NCBI GenBank assembly: GCA_949358305.1
Contig: OX442314.1
Span: forward strand, 25,358,001-25,422,000
Reading direction: 5' to 3'
DNA from: Strigamia acuminata
Taxonomy: Eukaryota
DNA length: 64,000 nucleotides
Every line of letters begins with the position of its first letter. The first letter of the stretch is position 1. The position numbers and the translations under genes are program-made. Under the pieces are notes generated by a model. It was not told the DNA's origin. It ran no database searches and saw only the letters and a list, made by a program, of their open reading frames with translations. This document shows, one piece after another, positions 24,579 through 36,497 of the stretch.

Positions 24579-26299
24579 TGTGGGACGGGATCCAATCATT
24601 TCACTAGTAAATTTTCCAAAATCCACCTCCAAACATTCGACACGCAAAACAGGCTTTTCGTATATTTGCGAAACAACGTCGCAATTTTCAACGTGGCTGC
24701 CGCGCCAAATGCACCTTTGACGGCGCACACAACACAGACAAACACCGATTCACCCTCTTTGTATAAACAACAATACTTGTTTTTTATCTTCCGTGACAGT
24801 TTGACGGTTTTGGGGACGATTTTTCACGCAGTTCTGGTCGGCTTTTCCGGTTGATTTGTGGATGGTTTCGTCACTTTGTCCAAATTCCCAAGGTCACGCC
24901 ATTTTTCAGCCAGACATACCCCGTGGAAATGCAATAAACTTGCAGAAAACGTTGGGTGAAAACATCAAGTTAATTACCAAGTGAAAAATCATGAACACAG
25001 TTTACTTCGCGAGCAAATCGTGTCTTGCAGCCAAATATTTCGGCTTAGATTAACCAGTTAGACTTTGAGCGTGCACTAACTTGCAAATGCAGTGTACAAA
25101 TCATACGTATAGCAAAGGTTCAAGCAATTTAATAATTTAAAAAAAAAATTAATATTAAAAAAAAAAAAAAAAATTAAAGAAACACTCAATTTTCATGTCT
25201 GTGACCGGTCATATCATGGCCAGAAGGAATTATGCAAATAAGATGTCTTTTAAACTGGACCAAAAAGCGGATTTCTTGACTGCAATCTCGGATTGCGATT
25301 GAATTATGTATCACAACTTGAAACTCAGGTGCTTTTAATTTATTCAACGAGATCAACAAGTAGAGAAGTATATAAAATTCTAATTGCCAATTGAGAATTC
25401 AAATTGGAAATTCACTGACCTTCAGCTCTGGCAAATCAATTCAATCTGATCAGGGTCTTAAAGACTTAGAAAGAGAAATGAAATGCCGAGATGATGCCGA
25501 GATAACCTTTAAGTACGAGTCAGCCGAGTTGCATTTCGATGCATTTCAAACTGTCAAGCACGAACAATAAAAAGATGAGTGAGGTTTGCGCAAAGAAGCT
25601 CATCAGGTGAGAAAATCAAGACGAGAGATTACAAGAAATGAAATCCCTCGTGGATGTGATGAAGGCCACAGATAAGTACACCCTTTCACTGCTCCACGCT
25701 TTTAATATAGGTGGGACGAATAAAATACACATAAAATTTTCATTTATCGAAAAAATCATACTTCAAACACGAGAGGCACCGGTTATGCACTTGCCTTGAT
25801 ATCGTAAAAGCGCAGCAATAAAGCAGGAAGAAAGGCAATAAATTTGGCAAAAAATATTTTTATATCCCTATAGCTTTCAAACTTTCATTTTTAAGTTTTA
25901 TATCATTCCAGAATTATGTAACCCCCAAACGTATCAAAATTGCCTCAACGGAAGTGTCTATATACTTGTTTTGTCGCTGCCAGGTTCAGGCTAGCCTGAA
26001 TACTAAATAATCTCTTATTTGATTGATGAGATATTATGTTAATACACTTCAAAGTCCAATTTGCAACCCACTTTATATTGTCAAAGTTGGTATAAGGTCA
26101 GATAAGTTGTAATGGGTTTTGAAATTGATGTTTTTAAAAAAAAGCGTAAACCAGTTCATGATCTCACGCTAGATAGAGAATGCTGTTTGGTGTTTGTACA
26201 TTGTTTTATCTAGTTAAGATTGTTTGGGAACATGTTGTGCTTTCAGATATTGCCTGAAGGTGTGTAGTGTATTTTAGTTCAGATGGCAGGCTCTAAATT

Positions 26300-26526
26300 C
26301 AAACTGCCTGAAGACATCTCCTGCTTTATTGTTGACATTTGAAACTGCTTGAAGATATGTTGTGCATTATTGTTGAAAAATAAAACTGCCTGAAGATATG
26401 TTGTGCATTATTGTTGAAAATTGAAACTGCCTGAAGATATGTTGTGCATTATTGTTGAAAATTGAAACTGCCTAAAGATATGTTGTGCATTATTGTTGAA
26501 AATTGAAACTGCTTGAAGATATGTTG
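26300..26526. repeat. 41-bp minisatellite (GAAACTGCCTGAAGATATGTTGTGCATTATTGTTGAAAATT), ~5.5 copies
   Basis: Unit starts at 26300, 26341, 26382, 26423, 26464 and 26505. Confidence 0.92.
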
Positions 26527-28807
26527 AGAAGCACAGTTGTAGGCACATGATTGTTGAAACAACTTGTCACAACATCCGTATGATTATCCATCTCAGTGGC
26601 CATCATCAATTAATACTTTGCACATTAAACTCTAACCTTGACCAATAACAACCTTGAGTGCCTGAAAACAAGATTTTGATTGGTTAGTTAAAAACCACAA
26701 TTTAGTCTTACAGCTCAAAATCGGTTGTACGTCAGTACTTAACTAAAGTGTAACTCAGTTTTGAGGGTTGAGGTTTTGATGGCAAGGTTTTGGAATGGTC
26801 ATCCAATCCAACATCAATTTAGCTGACATTAAAGTAATCATAAACCAACTAACCTTGCTGACTTAACCTACACACACCATAAATACCAACCTTTACAATG
26901 CCATTTTGACGATTCAAAATGTCCTTTTCAAAGAATGCAGACCTATTATTCCAATCTCAAACAACCCGGCCAAATCACAACCTAAAACTAAAACTATGTC
27001 AACCTCCACTAACTTACTTCACACATTTTAGCTTAATTTACTCACCTGTCATCAACTGTCTTAATCACACACTCTAGAGTCCATCACACCCCACCTTTTC
27101 CCTTTAAATTCACCTCAACCATCCCTCTCCCTACAAAATTTACGCCAACCACCAAATTCCACTTGTCTCACCCGAGTATTTGTGGAAACTTTTAGCTACC
27201 TTTTTTGTCAGCAAGAAATTTATTTTCCTCACTTGGCTCTACTAATTCAAGGTCCCCAACTGTTCACTTATTTCCTTTCTTTGGACACATGCCCCCCATT
27301 TCTAAGGTCTTTTGTCACTACTGGTGTGATGTATTGTTTCCTATCCTTCAATGATACTTCCAAAGAGACACTTATTGTATGACTTTTCATTTTATTCTAT
27401 CCTTTATCCTCTTATCTTGGATACTGCTGTCATCACTTAAACATTTCTCTGGTGGAGGCCACTTGAATTACGTTTTATGAAATTCAACCCAATTTAAAAA
27501 CAACTGGCTGACCCCTCAAGAAATGGCCCAAAAAAACAATCACCCCACACTATTTCCCTCCCCCTGTCCAGAAAATGGTAATTATTTATACACCTGCAAC
27601 TAAGTGATTACAGGTGGGTGTTGTTCACCTGTCTACAAATATATTTGACCAAATAAATTTGAATTTCATTTACAGACATCTTACTAATCCATTTACAACC
27701 CTATAATCATCACAAATTGTTTATTGACCACAAAAAAATCCAAAATAAATAATGAAAATTAGAAGCAGCCATTTAATTCCATTGTTAATCACCCTCTAAC
27801 TGTATAAATCTTCATTGTAGAACACAATTAAATTTGTATCTACCAAAAGAAAAAAACAAATCACATAACTGAAGTGTCGATTGAATAATAAATCGTCGCA
27901 TTTGGGTATTCTTGGATGGAGTCAGGAAACTGACCAGTCGATTGTATTGAATTAGTAGAGAGAAAAAGGCTTAGTCTAGGTTTAACATGGGAATAGTAGA
28001 ACTTAGAAAATGTAACAGAAATCAGAGAAATAACAAGGAAAATGAGAATTAAACAACAACAAAGCTATAAATTACAATAAAAGAGGATAATAAACACAGT
28101 AAGTAAGAAATAACAGTAATTTCAAGCAATTCTCAAAAAGAAGTTAAATCTCCATGGCAACAGTTCTGTTTAGGTTTAATACATAGGTGGCGCTGTGCAA
28201 AGGCAGCATCACAAATTATCAATCAAAGAAAATGGCAATACTCATCATTTACCAGTTACCAAAGACATGTCAAGATCTAACAGAAATTTTCCTCCCATAA
28301 GAATAAGATTCGGCTTCGCTCACAACAAATCAAAGTGTCCTTAAATTGTCAAGTATTTGATGATGATGGTATAACATAAACTTGGAGACCCCTCCAGCTT
28401 AGATCAACAGGAGGTACAAGACAAAAAAAAAACCCATTGAACAATAAAAAAAATGTTTGATTTCTTTCTACCTTCAACTACCCCCTTGAAGTATGTGTGT
28501 GAGCGGCTCAAGTCAAAATGCAGAAGAAGAAAAAAAACATTCGCTTCATATCGCAAGGTTGATCAGTTAACCTGTGTTCACCTTTGCTGATAACCTCTTT
28601 GCCATTTAGAAACGAGTGAAATCCCTCATGTCATATAATTCAGTCACTTGTAAAGTGGAAATTCAATTTAGTTTAGGGCAAACTAAATGATGGGGTTTTT
28701 CCAAACAAGGAGCAGCTTTCATCGGCTTCTTTGGCCATTCAAAAGGTAAATATAACTAATTTTAAAAGGTGAAAAAAGGCAATCAGGCCTATTACAATAC
28801 AGTAGCT

Positions 28808-28850
28808 CAGTGCTTCTCAAACTTTATGGCTGCGGAGCCCTTTCCACTTG
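28808..28850 (+). mobile_element. hAT (Charlie-type) terminal inverted repeat remnant
   Basis: CAGTGCTTCTCAAACTTT...GCGGAGCCC resembles Charlie/MER5-type termini (CAGTGGTTCTCAAACTT). No matching downstream end found. A right-end-like GTTGAGAAGCACAG sits at 26523-26536. Confidence 0.4.
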
Positions 28851-29040
28851 CATAACAATTCTATGTGAGTCCCATTGGCGTACTGATCGTGATTGCACGT
28901 GGTGTACCCATCGATGATTGTTGCATTAGAAAATTTGCTATATTTTTCTAGTATATTTATCAACTCATGGTTATAAAAGGTCCCCTCCGATCCATATGGA
29001 CACGTAATGATGCATTTATTCTCATATAAATGCAACTTGT

Positions 29041-29440
29041 CGCCTGAAAATGCAATTTTTTGTCCGAAAATGCATTTTTTGTGTCCGAAAATGCATTTGT
29101 GTGTCCGAAAATGCATTTTTGTGTCCGAAAATGCATCTTTTCTCTTGAAAATGCATCTTTTCTCCTGGAAATGCATCTTTTCTCCTGAAAATGCATCTTT
29201 TCTCCTGAAAATGCATCTTTTCTCCTGAAAATGCATCTTTTCTCCTAAAAAGGCATCTTTTCTCCTGAAAATGCATCTTTTCTCCTGAAAATGCATCTTT
29301 TCTCCTGAAAATGCATCTTTTCTCCTGAAAATGCATCTTTTCTCCTGAAAATGCATCTTTTCTCCTAAAAATGCGTCCAGTCTCTTAAAAATGCATCCAG
29401 AAATGCATTTTTTTCTTCTGTAAATGCATTTTTTCCTCCG
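29041..29440. repeat. 20-bp minisatellite (TCTCCTGAAAATGCATCTTT)n
   Basis: Near-perfect core 29141-29380 with degenerate flanks. It explains the repetitive ORFs at 28817-29449. Confidence 0.95.
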
Positions 29441-31099
29441 GAAACTCACTAATAATCAATCCAGTAGTTTTCCACTATTTTACATAATGCAACGAAAACG
29501 CAAATGAAGATGACCTTGATTGCCTATTACCCACTTCCGAAAAGGCACGTGTCGACTGCCGTGGTTTTCATAATGTCAAAATCTCTGATAACACGTTACG
29601 ATATTTTATTATATTTAAATTCTTTTCATATCATTTCAATATTGCAATCACGATTTGAAAATTCTAGTGAATTCTGGCGATAAAATTACAAGTTTCTGCA
29701 TTTTAGAATTCAAGTATCGTTGCAACAATCGTATGTTATTAATAGATTTACATTGAATTTCACACACGACTACATTTTTCCACTCTTTTGAATCCACTCA
29801 ACCAAACAGACTTGAAAAGAAAAAAGAAAAAAAAGAAAAACCAAACGCAAAAAAAGAAAGAAAAACTTTCCTTCCAAAGTTGAAGTGTCTGTGGTCCAGA
29901 ATACCTTATAATTCCTTCTTCCGCTTTATAAAATGTAGGCCATTGATGAAATATTAAAACACCACAAAATTTCTCCCTAAAAACCGAAAAAAATCGCTCC
30001 CAAAATTACTCATCATTAAGAGAAAAAAAAATGAAAAAAATTACAATTTCCAATTGCCTTAAAACAGGAAATTTCATCGACAAATATAAAATTTAATTTA
30101 GAAATTAACTCATTCTCCATTCAATTATTCCCCCTAGAAAATAAAAAATCCGTACTAATTTTAATTCTAATAAAATCTTCACTCAAACCAAGGATATTAC
30201 ATCAACTTAACACGCCTTTGCAGACCCTCCTTGTTTCCACCCCAAAGTCAAAGCAATCCAGCAAAAAAATTGTATATCACCTTGGAAACAACCTAACTTA
30301 ACCTGAATATAATTTCATTCCAAACTATAACATCACTTAAATAATTCATGATATCAAAACCATGTGACAAAAAAAAATAAGAAGAAAAAAAAAAACATTA
30401 ATTCCACAAAAGAAAATAAAAATGTTTGAAATAGTTGATCCATTTTTTCTGGACAAGTATCAAATTGCACACAGCATAATATAATATCCCATTATATAAT
30501 GCAAAATGAGTCGCTGCCATATAAGAAACATTCCCCCTTTGATTTCTTTTCTTCGAGTAGCAGGTGCATCGTGTATCTACCTATGTAGGTACACCTGTTT
30601 TTATTTTAGACCTCACTACTTACCGATTGGAGAATTTCTAATCATCGAGAAGGGGGAGAAACAAAGAGATAAGTCGACTGCAAAAACATGTCAATAAAGT
30701 GAGAATTATCTGAAAAAAACGTAAAAACAAATTTTAAAATCACGCTGTGAAGGTAAATACTAACAAGTGTAAGATCAGCAGGATTCCACACTTAACTTCA
30801 CAGCGTAAACCGAGCTTAACCCACGTACAAACTACCAATTAGTTTTTTTTACACCGTAATTCATGAAACAATAATTTAATACCAAAAACAAAAAACAAAA
30901 AAAAACAAAAAAAACTTCTACAACTTGTACACAAATTCGCATTTAATTCTAAATAATCCAATACCATTAAACAAAATAAATAAAACATCCCAAAATAAAT
31001 AAATTCGGACATTAAAAATATAAGATTTGAAATGTTAAAAAATAAAATAAATAAAATAAATATTAAAAATGAAAGTGAATTTGAGTTGGCTATAAAGGA

Positions 31100-31280
31100 T
31101 ATTAAAGTGAGCGAGAGCGCGAATGGGGAGGGGGTTTTGCACCAGGTGCGCGTGCCGACAGGGGGCGCCCCATGCAGGCCGATAGCCCCGGCGCCGTCTC
31201 TTCGGCTGGCCCGAATCTAGGTCAAGTACGGCCTCCGCCACTTCCTCCGTGGACACCCTCCTCCTTCCCCTCGCGAATAA
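31100..31280. promoter_or_regulatory. GC/CpG-rich island with CTCF-like site and E-box
   Basis: Sharp GC-rich patch in AT-rich surroundings, with CAGGTG (31143), CGCGTGCC and CCGACAGGGGGCGC (31155-31168). Confidence 0.45.
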
Positions 31281-32321
31281 TTAATGAATGATGTTTTCTC
31301 CGGTCCCAGACTAATCATTCACACACTTGTCACACATTCAAAACTTTCTATTCACACTCGTCTTTATTATTAAACAAATAAATTAATCCATCAAAAATAT
31401 GCCTTTTTATATTTTATTCTAAGTCTAATGATTACGTAATTTTTTTTAACTTAATTTCCCATAATACTTTGCGAGTCGTGCACTGCGCTAACAAGTTTTC
31501 TGCAAGTCGAGTTAAATTGATACAAATTGCTACTCAGTCGCTCCATTTATCTTGGCGAAGAAAGAAAGTAAATTGGAGACATCTATATATGAAGATTGAA
31601 TGTTCCGGTTAACTAGATTTGTTTTCTCCTGTGTCCGGTTGTTTGGAGACTAGGCAGCAACAAATTTAGCCGAAGCACGCAAGACATTGGCAGTAAATTT
31701 GTAGACAAATATATTGGCAACGGAAACGCGTTTCTTCTGGTTTCTCTTTTGTTGTTCAATGAATTGAAAATTCGAATTTTATTTCACGATTATTTCTGGA
31801 CAAGATGCGTTTTGCATTAGGCGTTTTAGTCATTTGTTAATGTCGCAAACTTCATGGTGGTCTGTGGAAGTTTTTAAAACGAAACGGCTTAAGACGCTTA
31901 AGACGGGAGTTTTTGGTGTTTTTTTAAAAAAAAAATTAATTAAAGCTGTTTGTTTTATAATGTAAAGTTTTACGGTTTATTTTTAACTGAATTAATTAAA
32001 GTAGATTTAAAAAATTTGAACTCTGTTGACACTCACTTAAACCGATTTCTGTTTAAAATTCAGTTCAAGTGCAAACATCAACTAAACACAAGCAGAAAGC
32101 ATGAATGGAATTGGGGGGAGAAAAAGAGAAAAAAAAAAGGTGACCATCCCTAAATAAACCGGAACTATTCCACATAACTCGATTCACTGATAGTTAACTA
32201 ACCCACAGGTACACCACGAACCTGGAGGCCAAAGAAGAAAATAAATATAAAATATAAAATATAAATAAAATAAATAAAATAAAATAAATAAATAAATAAA
32301 TAAATAATGAATAAATAAATA

Positions 32322-32490
32322 CAGTCAAGCCTCGTTATAACGAATCGCAAGGAACCCGAGAAATCGGTTCGTTACATCAATTTTTTTTAACATGCTGTCC
32401 TATGGCCAACCAACCAACCAAGCCATTTTTATCGCTTCGTTATAACAATAAATTCGTTATATCGCGGTTCGTTACAACGAGGTTCGACTA
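32322..32490 (+). mobile_element. Tc1/mariner-superfamily (pogo/Tigger-like) MITE, copy 1
   Basis: TA|CAGTCAAGCCTCGTTATAACGAA ... TTCGTTACAACGAGGTTCGACTA|TA, with internal CGTTATAACG palindromes. Confidence 0.85.
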
Positions 32491-32580
32491 TAAAATGAAT
32501 AAATTTAAATAAAAAAAAAATTTAAAAAAATAAAAAAATATAAATAAATTAATCTACCACAATAAAGCAATACACAACTA

Positions 32581-32771
32581 CAGTAGACCCTCGTTATAAC
32601 GAATCACAAAGGACCCGAAAAATCGGTTCGTTATAACAAGTTCGTTATATCAAAATTTTGTAAGCTTAACATGGTGTTCGAAATATCCAACCAACCAACC
32701 AAGCCATTTTTAATAATTCGTTATAACGAAAAATTCGTTATATCGCGGTTCGTTATAGCGAGTTTCGACTG
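32581..32771 (+). mobile_element. Tc1/mariner-superfamily (pogo/Tigger-like) MITE, copy 2
   Basis: TA|CAGTAGACCCTCGTTATAACGAA ... TTCGTTATAGCGAGTTTCGACTG|TA; TA TSD; same internal sequence as copy 1. Confidence 0.88.
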
Positions 32772-32774
32772 TAC

Positions 32775-32930
32775 AAAGATAAAACAATATAAAACTACCA
32801 CAATAAAACAATACAAAACTCCCAAAACTAAACAATACAAAACTTAGAACTATCAAAACAAAACAAAGCAACACAAAACAAAACAACACGATACAAAACA
32901 ATAGAAAACTACCCAGATAAAACAATACAA
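32775..32930. repeat. Low-complexity (AAAACAATAC)-like repeat
   Basis: A/C-rich 5-10 bp periodic tract next to the MITE. Confidence 0.7.
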
Positions 32931-35900
32931 AAGCTCACACTTTCATTTTAAATTGTGTTTAGCTAAAGCCATCTGTTGCAACATTAGATTTTTTGGTATC
33001 CTTTCTCACTCAGCTGTAAACCTCCATGTTGACACGTAAAGCAGGTGTGTTAAAACGGAAAAAGAAAAAGCAAAAGTGCGACAAACATGTCATCACCTGT
33101 AAACGTGGCCTACTTTTCACACACTGAAAATTCCACTTTTAACTGATCCTAACCACAGATTAAACCGATGCAACAAAACAAATATGGCTGAGTTAAGAAT
33201 AATAATAGACTCAGACGTGTTAATGCACCTAGCCTACTTCCTCTACAATGCACACCCTCCAATTTAACACCATCAATGGGACTAATTCACAAACTCCTAC
33301 CAATCTTTCCACTTCCACACTATGCACACAACGAACCACCCTCTGCTACCAAAAAAATATTATTTCAAACGACCAATTATACGGCCATCATAATTATAAA
33401 TTCATAAATGCACAGACTCTTAATTGCATTACAATTAACTCCTTTTCCACCTGACCTTAACCCAGTCCTACCAACCAACATTCAATTAATTCAAACTCTC
33501 TATCAACTTATTCCCATCTCGAATAATAAATAAACAATATCACTTCTGTACGTTCTTCCACACGTGGGTGGGATAAGTAACCAAACCCTTTCTTGCCCGA
33601 ATTATCTCTACATGTGATGGCGCGTGGTAGATATATCTTGTCTATCCAGGAAGTCCATGCGCATAAATAAGACGAACCTTATGGACTTGAGTGTGGTAGA
33701 TCTTATCTACCTCTTGTCATGTGACCAAACTTCATTACAACAAATCATGGCTGTCCTTGATGTAGTATGTTCGAGCATAAAATAAATAAAACAACTTGTT
33801 TTTTCACCCCACAAAAAGGGGATTTGAATTTTTTTTTGCTGTTTTTCAAAGGGTTATTAAATTTGGTAATAAAAAGAGAGTGGGGGATATTTGAAAATGC
33901 ACTTAGGCCTAATACGTTTTCATCCCATGCATGGACTTAGGGTCATCGAGGTGTATTTGCACCTGAGATTACATACATGGGCTTTTAATTAGGTTTATTA
34001 TATAAAAATGTTGTTGAAACACAAAGAAAATGTTGGATTTTTTTTGGTGTTGTTAGTTATGGCCTGGGTTGGACGAGGTGTCTTAATCCTTTGGGTTCCA
34101 ATTTGGCCGGATGAAAATATCAATGTCACAAGAGCAGGAAAAATATTGTGAGCGGAAATGGGTCATGGATCCGATCGAAGTATTCGATGCCTAGAGGGAA
34201 ATATCCCTAAAAATAAATTTTATGTCACTCATTAAAAGTAAAATTATATCTGGCATTGTTTGACCGGATTCCAAGGTTCTTAATTGTCCGAGTGAAGCCG
34301 GTCATCAACCTATTACATGTATTCCGACTTTCGATAAGAAATATGTCTAATAAAACCGGAAGTCAGTAGCTGCTTTCGAAAATTAAAATAACAATTTTAG
34401 TTTAAGTGTATTTTAAGTTTTAACATGAGTTTAAACAGGAAATGATGTCATTTTTGGTTTAAAATTGAAGTAAAACACAAAATATGTTAGTTTTTGAATG
34501 CAGCTAGTGTAAAATGTACAACTTAACTTTATCGACAATTTTACGACGTCATTATTTCACAAGGGGTTCCATTTATCGGCATTTAAACTGAAATTTACAC
34601 TAAAGAAACTGAATTACACTGTAAGCGCATTCATACTCATTTAAACTTATTCATATTTATTTTAAAACCGGTTTAAATGTAGATTTTAACGCGTAAAATT
34701 TTGCATTTAGAGTGGTTTAAAAAATTATAAACAAGTTTAAACGACTTTATGAATGTGTTTCCTGTCATCTTGTCTCGTGATCACAAAAGATATACTAAGA
34801 ACAAACCACACATAATGTTAAACCTAACTATGTACAATATTACATCTTCGCTCCTTTTCAGTGTTTTTAACTTTGCTCACCAGGGGCATGGAAAACCATT
34901 AAGATTTAAGGTTCTCTTGACTATGTGGTCCACTCCTGTTTGTGTATACAAAATATAAAAATGAATTTAACAAACCAAATCTTAAAAAATAAATAAAAAT
35001 TAAAAAAAAAAGTTTTCCAAATTATTCTTGTCCTTGTACTTCCCTTAAAAGTTTTCCATTATTATTACATAAAAAAAATGGCAAATTGTAAGTAAAACAT
35101 GAAGGGAAAAAAATTGAAATAAATTCCTGATCCAGTCTGCTTAATGGTGTGTAAATCTCGCTTTTTGCTCACGTACAGCCTTCAACTTTTTTCATTATTC
35201 CTCATCCAGTAACCACACTAATGTGTTAAACCCATCCCCATCACACATAACCCCTTTTCTACTCGACATTCCACCCATTTCTTAGACCCTAAGCCAGCAA
35301 CACCCAAGAAATTCGAAGCCAGCTATTTCACAAGGTGTTTGTGGGCCTTTACAGGTGATGATTCCTTATGTCCCCCTCGCCCTCTTTGGAAAACAAGCGA
35401 ATTTGTTGGAAATGTGATGCCATAGACAACATGTCATGAATGAGAAAAATGTTTACACTCTCTACCCACACACAAAGGAAGGGAGTTTATAATTAGCTTC
35501 ACCCAACAACACTGAAAAGCAAGGTCTTGTTTACTTTTTCTTGCTGCTTTTGCTGACAGTCCCTCTTCCTTCATCATCAAGGGTGGAGTTGGTATTTTAC
35601 AACAAACTACTGACAAGTGATCGAATTACTCAAAAAAGTAATCATCAATTTTCAAGCTTCAATTGGTTTCCCATGCCCTGACAACCCTCAATATTTCATC
35701 TTCCCTAAGCTTCAGCCAAAATCAAAATGACAGGAAATATCCAAATTTAATACAAATGATTATAAACAACATTTAATAATATTATATTCTTTTATTGTTG
35801 AATGCAATACAATCTAGTAAAGTGTTGGATGTTGTTAAATATTGTTTTGGAAGATTGTTTTGAACAATTATTGAACAATTTCACATTCGAAGAAACAACA

Positions 35901-36093
35901 TCGAACATTATTGAACATACGTCGCACATGTTGAATGTTGTTACAGTATATATTATTATTATTTTTATTATTATTATTATTTAAATGTTTATTCCCAAGT
36001 ATAATGTGCACAGTCGTGGACTAAAGATTTTTTTGTTTAAACAAACTTTAATTTTTTTTTAAAAAATTTGCTTATAATAAGTTAACAAAATAA

Positions 36094-36497
36094 CACAGTT
36101 TGCGGCAGGCACTTTTCCTTTATATTGTTACACTATATTTAATGTAACAAAAAATTTAAAAAAGTTTAAGTTGCGAATAATAGTTATACGGTAAAAATTA
36201 TCCTTACGTTAAACATGTCACGTGATCACCAAAACTGTAGTAGTCTCTTTTGAAAAAAATAGAGACAATTGTTGTATTTTACTGTTTCAAAACAATGAAG
36301 CAACTTTATTATTGTAAATTAAAACCAAATGAAAGATACGTGCCCTTCGTGCGATCAAGCGAAGAAATTAAAATGGCGGCAAATGAGGTCGTCGGTAATC
36401 TCAAATTTTTGTTAGTGGAAAACTACCGGATTGGATACGCTATTTTCAGTTATACTGTTATAGTTTTATAAGGAAAAAGTACCCGCCGCAAACTGTG
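36094..36497. mobile_element. Non-autonomous TIR element, CMC superfamily (Chapaev3-like), 404 bp
   Basis: TAA|CACAGTTTGCGGCAGGCACTTTTCCTTTATA ... TATAAGGAAAAAGTACCCGCCGCAAACTGTG|TAA: ~30-bp TIRs, CAC..GTG termini and a 3-bp TAA TSD. The family call is inferred from termini and TSD only. Confidence 0.75.

Noticed and set aside
26300..26526. CRISPR-like regular repeats
   Set aside because: No unique spacers, no cas genes, eukaryotic context.
28817..29449. 210-aa ORF and overlapping frames
   Set aside because: Translation of the 20-bp minisatellite; no real domain.
33090..35361. 14-nt inverted match tcatcacctgtaaa
   Set aside because: A single short match around a common E-box, with little flanking support; expected by chance in 64 kb.
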